64,000 bases of DNA, from contig CAWJHK010000011.1 of NCBI GenBank assembly GCA_963842695.1, forward strand, positions 52,952-116,951, in the 5' to 3' direction. Source of the DNA: an uncultured Chloroflexia bacterium (GTDB taxonomy: Bacteria; Chloroflexota; Limnocylindria; Limnocylindrales; CSP1-4). Shown here piece after piece: positions 53,599-64,000 of this stretch (positions are counted from its first letter, which is position 1; each line of letters opens with the position of its first letter). The notes below the pieces were generated by a model. The model saw only the letters and a program-made list of their open reading frames with translations, searched no databases and was not told the DNA's origin. Made by a program: the position numbers and the translations under genes.

Positions 53599-54681
53599 AT
53601 GATGATCACCCGGTCGCGGATGCCCACATTGCTGACCGTGGTCCTGTTGGCAATCGCGGCTTGCGCAACGCCAGTCGCGACGTCGACACCTGCCGCCAGC
53701 AACCAAGGACCGAGCGCTCCATTGTCGATCGCCCCGATCGCAACGCCGATCGCGATCGCCAAGGGCGACCCCTGGCTCGTCTACAACTGGCCGTCGCCAA
53801 GCTCGGGCCGCTGGATCATCTCCCTCGTCCGCCCGGACGGGTCCGATGCTCACCCGATCCTGACTGGCCTCCCCGACGAGCTGCGCTCCCCGGCGTGGTC
53901 GGCTGACGGCAGCAAGCTCGCCTTCGTGTCGCGCGGTCCGACCGATCCTGCAAGCCCGGAGGGTGCGATCTGGGTGTCGAACGCGGACGGCTCCGATGCT
54001 CATCGATTCTTCGACGGCGGCGATGCCTGCGAGGCTGTCTTCCACCCGTCATGGTCACCTGACGGGACACGGTTGGCCATGGTCTGCTACGACAACGAGA
54101 AGGTCTCCTCGCTCGCGGTCCTGGACCTCGCGTCGATGTCGATGACAAAGCTCGCGAGCGTGACGTACCCGGAGTTCATGGATAACCCATCGACCTGGTC
54201 GCCAGATGGTGCTTCGATCGCGTTCGACATCGTCCGCTGGGGCCCGACGGATGTCTTCCTGGAGGGGTCCCTCGTCGCCACGGTCCCGGCGGCCGGTGGG
54301 AAGGTCAAGCGGCTCACGACGATGGAGACGTTCATGTCCCATCCATCCTGGCAGCCGAATGGCGGAGCACTCGTCATGAATTCGTACGACATCGCCAATG
54401 GCGCGGACCTGGACAAGCCATCGAACCTCTTCACGATCAAACCCGACGGGACGGGGTTGCGCCAGATCACCCACTCGTCGGTCGATGGCTTCATGCGGAT
54501 CGGCCTGCCGCGGTGGGATCCGGACGGTACCCGGATCTCGGTCACGGTCATGAGGTTCAGTCACCCGGATCGGGGCTTTGAATCGTCGCACCTGGGCTTT
54601 GCGGACGCGGCCGGCGGTGAGCCAGCCGTCATCTCGGAGGCGTTCGACGGCAAATACCAGGACGTACGTCCGACGCCATAG
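53599..54681 (+). CDS. lipoprotein with TolB-like / PD40 beta-propeller repeats
   Basis: Lipobox LLAIAAC; repeated ...DGS.A...SWSPDG... blades (WSADGSKLAF, SWSPDGTRLA, TWSPDGASIAF, SWQPNGGALV, RWDPDGTRIS). Confidence 0.65.
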   Translation: MMITRSRMPTLLTVVLLAIAACATPVATSTPAASNQGPSAPLSIAPIATPIAIAKGDPWLVYNWPSPSSGRWIISLVRPDGSDAHPILTGLPDELRSPAWSADGSKLAFVSRGPTDPASPEGAIWVSNADGSDAHRFFDGGDACEAVFHPSWSPDGTRLAMVCYDNEKVSSLAVLDLASMSMTKLASVTYPEFMDNPSTWSPDGASIAFDIVRWGPTDVFLEGSLVATVPAAGGKVKRLTTMETFMSHPSWQPNGGALVMNSYDIANGADLDKPSNLFTIKPDGTGLRQITHSSVDGFMRIGLPRWDPDGTRISVTVMRFSHPDRGFESSHLGFADAAGGEPAVISEAFDGKYQDVRPTP

Positions 54682-54793
54682 GTTCGCCGCTGATGGGCGT
54701 GCTCGTGAACGACGAGACAGTCCGGATCGATCCGTACGTCGTCGACCTGATCGAATTCGGCGAGCGGCGGTCAGCGCCTCGCCGCCAGGTCCG

Positions 54794-56263
54794 TCACGAC
54801 GCCGCCAGTCGGTCGGTCAGCCGCCGCCGCTCGCCATCGTCGAGACGCTCGATGAGGTCGATCGTCAACGCCGCCGTCCAGCCGAAGCCATCCGTCCCGA
54901 ACCCGCGTCCGTCGAACGGGTCGAAGTACTCGTGGAAGCCACTGCGCGCGACCAGGCCGAGACTGCTGGCGGCGATCTCCTCGGCCAGCTCCGCCTGTCC
55001 GTGCTGGCGGAGACCCGACCAGAGCATCCAGTTCGTGTTGATCCAGACCGGCCCTCGCCAGTAGCGACGCTCGTCGAAGCCCGCACCCTTCAGGTCGTAG
55101 CTCGGGACGACGTAGCCGTCGGGTCGATCGGGATGGAAGCTCGCCGATCGGAGGTCGCGCACGATCGCGTCGACGACCTCGGTCGACAGGTGGGGGTCGA
55201 GGAGCGGCGCGAACGAGACGATCGTGTCCTCGACACTGCGATCGGCACTGGTGACTTCGAGCGCGCTCATCCGACCCGTGGCCGAGTCCCAGAGCTCGTC
55301 GATGATCGCGGCGTGGATCTCCTGCGCGTCCTCGTGGTGTGGCGTCGGGTCCGCGCCGACGACCGATGCGATCTCCGCCAAGGCGGACAGCGACCAGACG
55401 AGGATGCCGTCGAACATCGGGCCGGCGATCAGGAACGGGGCGACATCGACGAGACGCGCGTCGTCGTAGCCCGAGTCGCGGTAGCGGGCGGCGAGATAGA
55501 CGAACCGGTCGTACGCCTCGTTCGTCGGACGATCCTTCGGGTCGCCATGGGCGAGGTCGCGCCGGACATACGGCGGCACGCCGCCGGGCGGGATCACGAG
55601 ATCGTCAAGGGCGCGATCCCAGGCCGGCGAGTTGTCGAGCCCGGACTCCCACGGATGGACCATCACCGCGAGGCGGGTTCCGGCTGGGCGCCGGGCGTCG
55701 AGCATGTAGCGGTGCTGGGCGACGAGGCGCGGGTACAGCCAGCGCAGGAAGGCTACCGACGCGTCCGGATCGGCCGCGTGGCGATGCATCTCGATCGCCG
55801 CCCGCGCGTGGATGGTCGGCTGCGTGATCCCGGACGTCTCCACGTCGCGCGGGGCGTTGGCCGATCGGGTCGACGACTGCCAGAACGCAGGACCCGGGAA
55901 GTAGGCGTCCTCACCGACCGACGGGTTGAAGACGATGTGGGGCACCATCCCGTTCGACCACTGCGCGCGGAACAGCGTCTCGAGCTCCTGCTGGGCGCGC
56001 GACTGGTCGTACCACGAGCGGCCGAGCGCGATGAACGCCGAATCCCAGCTCCATTGATGCGGATAGAGGGTTCGGGAGGGCAGGCTGGAGGCCCCGATCC
56101 AGGCGGCATCGAGCACGGCTCGAGCCTGCACGACGAGGTCGTCCAGGGTCGGGGCAATGTTCCGGCCCCTGCATTCACCACCGGATCCGAGGATCCGTCC
56201 ATGGAGCCATGATACGAGGCGGTCGCTCCGTTCGACGACGGTCACCGACGCTTCGATTCGCAT
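54794..56263 (-). CDS. GH63-family glycoside hydrolase (mannosylglycerate/glucosylglycerate hydrolase-like)
   Basis: Intact; ...YPHQWSWDSAFIALG..., ...VHPWESGLDNSP... and ...GFHEYFDPFDGRGFG... Confidence 0.7.
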   Translation of the reverse strand: MRIEASVTVVERSDRLVSWLHGRILGSGGECRGRNIAPTLDDLVVQARAVLDAAWIGASSLPSRTLYPHQWSWDSAFIALGRSWYDQSRAQQELETLFRAQWSNGMVPHIVFNPSVGEDAYFPGPAFWQSSTRSANAPRDVETSGITQPTIHARAAIEMHRHAADPDASVAFLRWLYPRLVAQHRYMLDARRPAGTRLAVMVHPWESGLDNSPAWDRALDDLVIPPGGVPPYVRRDLAHGDPKDRPTNEAYDRFVYLAARYRDSGYDDARLVDVAPFLIAGPMFDGILVWSLSALAEIASVVGADPTPHHEDAQEIHAAIIDELWDSATGRMSALEVTSADRSVEDTIVSFAPLLDPHLSTEVVDAIVRDLRSASFHPDRPDGYVVPSYDLKGAGFDERRYWRGPVWINTNWMLWSGLRQHGQAELAEEIAASSLGLVARSGFHEYFDPFDGRGFGTDGFGWTAALTIDLIERLDDGERRRLTDRLAAS

Positions 56264-56283
56264 TTCGGGGCACGTTTCGATAG

Positions 56284-58687
<2,404 letters not shown>

Positions 58688-58727
58688 TCCGCTGCCTCAC
58701 GGTGCGGCCGCGCGCCGGACCTATGGG

Positions 58728-58745
58728 TGGTGCGTCGACGCACCA
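58728..58745. promoter_or_regulatory. perfect 18-bp palindrome TGGTGCGTCGACGCACCA between the membrane protein gene and the first S8 protease gene
   Basis: Seen directly; 11/11 arms if flanks are included. Confidence 0.3.
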
Positions 58746-58824
58746 TACGGCCGATTCGGCTCCCTCGACGAATGGCGACCGCTGCGGCACCATGCGGGTC
58801 CACACGAAGGGGAAGACGGGCACC

Positions 58825-60108
58825 ATGCGCCGACTGGCGGTCCTCGGGGCCGCCCTCCTGCTGCTCGTGCCGACCGCGGTGTCGGCGGCCGAAGGGGCCG
58901 CCTTCGAGCCGGCCGAGGCGAGCGCGATCTGTGAAGGGTTCTTCGGCGTCGCGCCGGGGCCCGAGCCGCTGTCGGCGTGCCAGTGGGACATGCGCGCCGT
59001 CCACGCGAATGCCGGCGCCCGCGCCGCGGCGACGGGACGTGGCGTGACCGTTGGCGTCATCGACGGCGGCGTCGATCTGGACCATCCCGACATCGTCCCC
59101 AACCTGGACCTCGCGCGATCCTGCTCGTTCATCAACTCGACCACGCCGACCGCCGACCCGCAGGAGATCGCCAACGGCGACTGCTCGAACAAGGCCGCGG
59201 TCCAGGACCTGCAGGGCCACGGCACCCACGTCGCCACGACGATCGCGGCGCCGCTCAACGGGATCGGCATCGTCGGCGTCGCGCCGGAGGCGACGATCGT
59301 CGCGCTCAAGGCCTGCACGATCGTCGGGTACTGCTTCGCCGACTCGGTCGTGGCCGCCCTCCGGTATGCCGGCGACCAGCACCTCGACGTGGTCAACCTG
59401 AGCCTGTTCGTCGATCCGTGGCTGTACTACTGCGAGAGCGACACCGAGCAGAAGGCGATCCTCGACTCGCTCGACGACGCCGCGCGCTACGCGCAGCAGC
59501 GCGGGGTGGTCATCGTCGCGGCCGCCGGCAACGAGGCCCACGACCTCGGTCACCCGAGCAGCGACGACCTCAGCCCGGACTGGCCGCCCGGCTCGGCCGT
59601 GGAGCGCGACGTCACCAACGCCTGCCGGGTCGCCCCGGCCGAGCTGCCCGGGGTCGTGACCGTCTCCGCGACCGGCGTCCGGACGCTGGCGAGCTATTCG
59701 AATGTCGGCAGCCCCGTCGATGTCTCGGCGCCGGGCGGTGACGCGGCACAGACCGGCGGCTCGACGCTGGGTCGGATCCTTGCCGGGTGGTCGAGCGCCG
59801 ATGCGACGGGCACGTGGGAGGCCTTCGAGTCGGTCGGCCGCGGGGTCGTCGATCACGGGGGCCGTTACGTCTGGATCAGCGGGACGTCGATGGCGTCGCC
59901 CCACGCCGCCGGTGTCGCGGCGCTGGTCCGCGAGAAGCACCCGGACTGGAGCCAGGGAGCGGTCGCCGCGGCGGTCCGCCGGAGCTCGACGGCGATGGCC
60001 TGTCCGGTGCCGGGCGACCCGGCCCTCGTCCGCTGCTACGGCGGCGCCGGGGCGACGACGTACTTCGGCAGCGGGATGGTCGACGCGGAGGCCGCTGCTT
60101 CGCAGTAG
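58825..60108 (+). CDS. secreted S8 (subtilisin-like) serine peptidase, paralog 1
   Basis: Signal peptide MRRLAVLGAALLLLVPTAVSAAEG. Catalytic triad VGVIDGGVD, HGTHVATTIA and GTSMASPHAAGVAAL. Confidence 0.85.
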   Translation: MRRLAVLGAALLLLVPTAVSAAEGAAFEPAEASAICEGFFGVAPGPEPLSACQWDMRAVHANAGARAAATGRGVTVGVIDGGVDLDHPDIVPNLDLARSCSFINSTTPTADPQEIANGDCSNKAAVQDLQGHGTHVATTIAAPLNGIGIVGVAPEATIVALKACTIVGYCFADSVVAALRYAGDQHLDVVNLSLFVDPWLYYCESDTEQKAILDSLDDAARYAQQRGVVIVAAAGNEAHDLGHPSSDDLSPDWPPGSAVERDVTNACRVAPAELPGVVTVSATGVRTLASYSNVGSPVDVSAPGGDAAQTGGSTLGRILAGWSSADATGTWEAFESVGRGVVDHGGRYVWISGTSMASPHAAGVAALVREKHPDWSQGAVAAAVRRSSTAMACPVPGDPALVRCYGGAGATTYFGSGMVDAEAAASQ

Positions 60109-60280
60109 GCGATGCCCGCGGTCCACGTGGTGCCTGTGCGCACCACCTGAGCGCCGTTCGGATTCGACGCGGCACGGTGTCGTGGGCGAGGATAGGGGTC
60201 CTCACGGCGGTCCCATGCGTTCATCCGCGTATGCCCGGGGTGGACCGCCGCCGATCGTGACGCACGGAAGGAGACAGCCT

Positions 60281-61663
60281 GTGCGCAGATCATCGATCCT
60301 CGGCGCCCACGTCCCAGCAACGGGACTGATCCCACGCAGAGCGCTCGGGCGCGCGGCGATTGTCGCAACGTTGTCGGCACTTCTCGCCGTTGGAACCGTC
60401 CTCGCGGCACCACCTGGCACGAACAGCGCGGCGTCCGAAGCCGCTGCCTGCGCGTCGCTCTTCAGCGTGCCGGTCAACATCGGACCGGAACCGTTGAGCG
60501 CGTGCCAGTGGGACATGCGAGCGATCAACGCGACGTCGAGCGGTTCGTACGCCGTGAACCGGGGCGAGGGCGCGCGCGTCGGCGTGATGGACACCGGCAT
60601 CGACCTGACCAATACCGACATCATGCCGAACGTCGATGTCGCCGCGTCATGCGTGTTCATCTATGCGGACACGCCGACGTCCAACCCCGCGGAGCAGGTG
60701 ACCCGGGGTGATTGCTCGAACAAGGCCGCCCTCCAGGACCTGGCCGGGCACGGCACCCACACCGCTGGCACGATCGGTTCGCCGATCAACGGCATCGGGA
60801 CGGCGGGCGTGGCTCCTGACGCCACCATCGTCGTGCTCAAGGCCGGGACCGAGCAGGGATACTTCTTCACCCAGTCCGTGGTCGACGCCTTGCGCTACGC
60901 CGGCGACCAGCATCTCGACGTCGTGAGCATGAGCTTCTTCGCCGACCCCTGGCTCTTCAACTGCCGCAATGACAAGGAACAGAAAGCGATCGTCCAGGCG
61001 ATCACGAGTGCCGCGCGCTATGCCCAGCAGCGAGGCGTCGTGCTCGTGGCCGCTGCCGGCAACGAGGGCATCGACCTCAACCATCCGACGACCGATGAGA
61101 TCAGCCCGGACTACCCGCCCGGTGCGGCCGTCTCGCGACCGGTCAACAACTCGTGTGTCGTCCTGCCCGACGAGATCCCGGGCGTGGTCGTCGTGACCGC
61201 GACCGGGGCCGAGAACCTGCTGTCCTGGTACTCCTCCTACGGGATGCTCACCGACGTAACGGCGCCGGGCGGCTCCCGCTACCAGACGCCCACGTTCGAC
61301 AGCGCACGCGGACGTGTGCTGGCGACCTATTCCTCGACGGCGAGCGATCTCGACCTCGAGGCAGCCCTCGGGCGACTCGTTCAGGACGCCAGCGGCAACT
61401 ACTACGCCTGGTTGAACGGGACGTCGATGGCCGCACCGCACGCCGCGGGCGTGGCCGCCCTCATCCGGGCGGCGCATCCGGGCATGCCACGCGGATCGGT
61501 CGTGGCCATGCTCAAGATGACCGCAACGGGGCAGGCCTGTCCGGCCGCCCTCGATCCGGGCGTCGAATTCTTCGGTGCGCCGGTTCAGCATTGCTCCGGC
61601 GGCGTGGGGCACAACAGCTTCTACGGTGCGGGGCTCGTGAACGCCCTGGCGGCCAGCCACTAG
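60281..61663 (+). CDS. secreted S8 (subtilisin-like) serine peptidase, paralog 2
   Basis: GTG start with GGAAGGAG RBS. Catalytic triad VGVMDTGID, HGTHTAGTIG and GTSMAAPHAAGVAAL. Same N-terminal ...PEPLSACQWDMRA... motif as paralog 1. Confidence 0.85.
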   Translation: MRRSSILGAHVPATGLIPRRALGRAAIVATLSALLAVGTVLAAPPGTNSAASEAAACASLFSVPVNIGPEPLSACQWDMRAINATSSGSYAVNRGEGARVGVMDTGIDLTNTDIMPNVDVAASCVFIYADTPTSNPAEQVTRGDCSNKAALQDLAGHGTHTAGTIGSPINGIGTAGVAPDATIVVLKAGTEQGYFFTQSVVDALRYAGDQHLDVVSMSFFADPWLFNCRNDKEQKAIVQAITSAARYAQQRGVVLVAAAGNEGIDLNHPTTDEISPDYPPGAAVSRPVNNSCVVLPDEIPGVVVVTATGAENLLSWYSSYGMLTDVTAPGGSRYQTPTFDSARGRVLATYSSTASDLDLEAALGRLVQDASGNYYAWLNGTSMAAPHAAGVAALIRAAHPGMPRGSVVAMLKMTATGQACPAALDPGVEFFGAPVQHCSGGVGHNSFYGAGLVNALAASH

Positions 61664-61715
61664 ACACCACCACGGGCCGGCCACCTCGTGGCGGCCCGCA
61701 CATCAGCAGTCAGTC

Positions 61716-61742
61716 GGAGGGACCGCCATCGGCGGTCCCTCC
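61716..61742 (+). terminator. perfect 12-bp GC hairpin GGAGGGACCGCC-ATC-GGCGGTCCCTCC after the S8 paralog 2
   Basis: Seen directly; no U tract. Confidence 0.4.
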
Positions 61743-61820
61743 GTCATGTCCGCCCGGCACTCCATGGTCGGCGCGAGGACTAGAATCGCGGCCCACGCCG
61801 TCCCGCATGGAGCCACCCTC

Positions 61821-62483
61821 ATGAAGATCTTCCTGGACACCGCCGACATCGAAGAGATCCGGACAGCCGCCCGGTGGGGCGTCCTCGATGGCGTCACGAC
61901 CAACCCGACCCTGTATGCCAAGGTCGGTGGCTCCTACGACGAGATCCTGACCGAGGTCTGCAAGCTGACCTCCGGTCCCGTCTCGGCCGAATGCGTCAGC
62001 GACGACGTCGAGGGCATGCTCGAGGAGGGCCGCCACTTCGCCAAGCTCGCGCCCAACATCGTGGTCAAGGTGGCGATGTCGGAGAACGGCCTCGAGGCGA
62101 TCAACCGCTTCGCCGAGGAAGGGATCAAGACCAACTGCACGCTGATCTTCACGGCCAACCAGGGCCTGCTGGCGGCGAAGGCCGGCGCGAGCCTGATCAG
62201 CCCATTCGTCGGCCGGCTCGACGACATCAACCAGGACGGGATGATCGTCATCCGCGAGCTGGCCGAGATCTTCGCCATCCACGAGATCGAGTCCGAGGTG
62301 CTTGCGGCGTCGATCCGCAACCCGGTCCACATGACGCAGGCAGCGCTGGCCGGCGCGCACATCGCCACGGTCCCCTTCAAGGTCCTCCAGCAGATGGTCC
62401 ACCACCCGTTGACCGACAAGGGCATCGTCCAGTTCAAGAAGGACTGGGAGGGCGCCCGGGCGGCGGCTGCCGCAAAGGCCTGA
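61821..62483 (+). CDS. tal: transaldolase, short (Fsa/TalC-like) form
   Basis: Intact 220 aa; MKIFLDTADIEEIR...VTTNPTL...; Schiff-base Lys in ...IVVKVAM... Confidence 0.85.
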   Translation: MKIFLDTADIEEIRTAARWGVLDGVTTNPTLYAKVGGSYDEILTEVCKLTSGPVSAECVSDDVEGMLEEGRHFAKLAPNIVVKVAMSENGLEAINRFAEEGIKTNCTLIFTANQGLLAAKAGASLISPFVGRLDDINQDGMIVIRELAEIFAIHEIESEVLAASIRNPVHMTQAALAGAHIATVPFKVLQQMVHHPLTDKGIVQFKKDWEGARAAAAAKA

Positions 62484-62544
62484 GGGCCGGCTCGCCGCAC
62501 TGATCGGCGAAACGGGGCGCCCGTCCAGCGGCCGGCCGCTTCGG

Positions 62545-63687
62545 CTACGAGGTCGCGGTCTCGAACCACTCGCCCGCGCGCATCACTCGGCGGGGACGCA
62601 GGTCCTCGTCGAGCTCGACGAGATCGGCCTGCTGCCCGGGAGCGATCCGTCCGCGGTCGTCGATGCCGAGGAGCGCCAGCGGGTTGCGGCCGGCAGCGGC
62701 CGCGGCGTCCGGCACCCCGATGCCCGCTCCCACGAGGTTCCTGACCGCGGTGTCGAGGGCGATGACGGACCCGGCCAGCGTCGTCGTCCCCGCCAGCGTC
62801 GCCCGCCCGTCGACGACCTCGACCTCGAGGCCACCCAGGCGGACGCGGCCGTCGCCCGTTCCGGCGAGGGCGATCGCGTCGCTGACCAGCAGCAGTCGAT
62901 CGACCGGCTTGAGCCGCGCGATGAGCGGCCACAGCGCTGGATGGACGTGGTGACCGTCGGCGATCAGCTCGACCCAGACGGCGTCGGCCTCCAGCGCGGC
63001 GACGGCAAGGCCCGGCGTGCGATGCTCGATGCCGGTCATCGCATTGAACAGGTGGGTCGTCGACCGGGCCCCGGCCGCGTAGCCGGCACGGGCAGCGTCG
63101 AGGTCCGCCGCCGAGTGGCCGAGCGAGACCGCGATCCCGCGGTCGGCCAGCCAGCGGATCATGTCGAGCGCGCCGGGGAGCTCCGGGGCGATCGTGACGA
63201 GGGCGAGCCCGTCGGCCAGCCGCTCCATGACGGCCGCCGGCGCGTCGGCCGGTGCCAGGAGCCGCTCGGCGTCATGCGCGCCGCGCCGGGCCGGCGCCAG
63301 GAACGGCCCCTCGAGGTTGAACCCGAGCGGCTCCGCGCCGTCGGCCGGGGCGGCCGGTCGCCAGTCGCGGACCCGGTCGGCGAACCGCTCGAGCTCGTCG
63401 AGAGGTGCCGTCACGGCCGTCGGCAGGAAGGACGTGACGCCCCGCCGAAGGAGGGCGCGGGCCATCCCGTCGAGATCGGCCAGGCTGCCCATCGCATCGT
63501 GGCCGCCCCAGCCGTGGACGTGGACGTCGACGAACCCGGGCGCGATCAGCGGACCGGAGGCCGGGCCGTCGGCCTCCTGGGTCAGCTCGACGGATCGGAT
63601 CCAGCCGTCGTCGACGGTGATCGTCCCGTCGGCCACCCCGGTGTCGAGCACGAGCCGGCCGCGGATCGACGCGCCGGGGCTCGTCAT
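62545..63687 (-). CDS. nagA: N-acetylglucosamine-6-phosphate deacetylase
   Basis: Intact 380 aa; ...GFVDVHVHGWGGHD..., ...TTHLFNAM... and ...ADGHHVHP... Confidence 0.85.
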   Translation of the reverse strand: MTSPGASIRGRLVLDTGVADGTITVDDGWIRSVELTQEADGPASGPLIAPGFVDVHVHGWGGHDAMGSLADLDGMARALLRRGVTSFLPTAVTAPLDELERFADRVRDWRPAAPADGAEPLGFNLEGPFLAPARRGAHDAERLLAPADAPAAVMERLADGLALVTIAPELPGALDMIRWLADRGIAVSLGHSAADLDAARAGYAAGARSTTHLFNAMTGIEHRTPGLAVAALEADAVWVELIADGHHVHPALWPLIARLKPVDRLLLVSDAIALAGTGDGRVRLGGLEVEVVDGRATLAGTTTLAGSVIALDTAVRNLVGAGIGVPDAAAAAGRNPLALLGIDDRGRIAPGQQADLVELDEDLRPRRVMRAGEWFETATS

Positions 63688-64000
63688 CGGCCGTCTCCAT
63701 CAGCAGCGGCCGGGTCGTGGCCTTCGACGTCGAACGCCACGTCGAGGGCGTAGCGCGACGCCGCGTAGCGTGATTCGGTCGCCTCGAGGCGGTGTCCGTG
63801 CGCGTCGCTGATCACCCGTTCCTCGACGAGCACCGGGTCGCCGTGGCGGACCCCCAGCAGGCGTGCATCCTCGGCCGTCGCCGTGGCCGCCCGGATCGTT
63901 CCCTGGCCGCGCCGCAGGACATGGACCCGCGCGATACAGCGCCTCGTGGAGCGAGCCGCGTTCGAGATCGGCCGTCATCACGGCGTCGGCGCAGCCGATG
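63684..64000 (-). CDS. GntR-family (HutC/UTRA subfamily, DasR/NagR-like) transcriptional regulator, C-terminal part; gene runs off the right edge
   Basis: Reverse-strand frame gives ...IRAATATAEDARLLGVRHGDPVLVEERVISDAHGHRLEATESRYAASRYALDVAFDVEGHDPAAADGDGR*, stop overlapping the nagA start. Confidence 0.6.

Noticed and set aside
60140-60230. GGATTCGAC string (possible minus-strand tRNA)
   Set aside because: The reverse complement does not fold into a cloverleaf. The region is better explained as the S8 intergenic region with a terminator hairpin and RBS.

Overview
High-GC (about 70%) chromosomal segment of actinobacterial type, densely coding on both strands. No rRNA, CRISPR array, transposase or integrase was found. 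Main content, in order along the window:

(1) A molybdopterin-oxidoreductase gene start at the left edge, then a glycogen-debranching-type glucosidase, an SCP2-like gene, and a DUF360-like 4-TM membrane gene next to an ABC1/UbiB-family kinase.

(2) A selenocysteine-decoding island: selD, divergent from a tRNA-Sec (selC, anticodon UCA) that is absent from the ORF track, followed by selA, selB and a MobA/MocA-like nucleotidyltransferase.

(3) A small RBS-plus-terminator gene, an Amidohydro_3 hydrolase, an MBL-fold hydrolase, a DHA2 MFS transporter, an S51 peptidase, a double zinc-ribbon protein, an SbcD/SbcC-like pair, an EamA transporter, a P-loop kinase and a DUF2231-Rieske protein.

(4) A 650-bp low-coding region with a possible structured RNA, then an MFS transporter, an ABC-2 transporter pair, corA, a large LuxR regulator, a flavin monooxygenase, an alpha/beta hydrolase and citrate synthase.

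(5) A pentose-phosphate / glycolysis-entry supercluster on the minus strand: pgl-opcA-zwf, gnd, pgi, rpiB and tkt, with an unexplained large membrane protein in the middle. A BNR/sialidase-like exoprotein lies upstream of tkt, and tal is encoded separately on the plus strand.

(6) Pseudouridine catabolism (PfkB kinase + psuG), an ECF sigma / anti-sigma / secreted protein / TolB-like lipoprotein module, a GH63 hydrolase, pyrG, two tandem paralogous S8 proteases, tal, nagA and a GntR/UTRA regulator fragment.

A striking technical feature is that roughly 20 genes, including essential tkt and all the sel genes, carry one to four frame-breaking indels. The indels checked sit in G/C runs, which points to homopolymer sequencing error rather than real pseudogenes. 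Gene calls were therefore made by stitching homology across frames, and many long ORFs in the track are antisense or out-of-frame artefacts.
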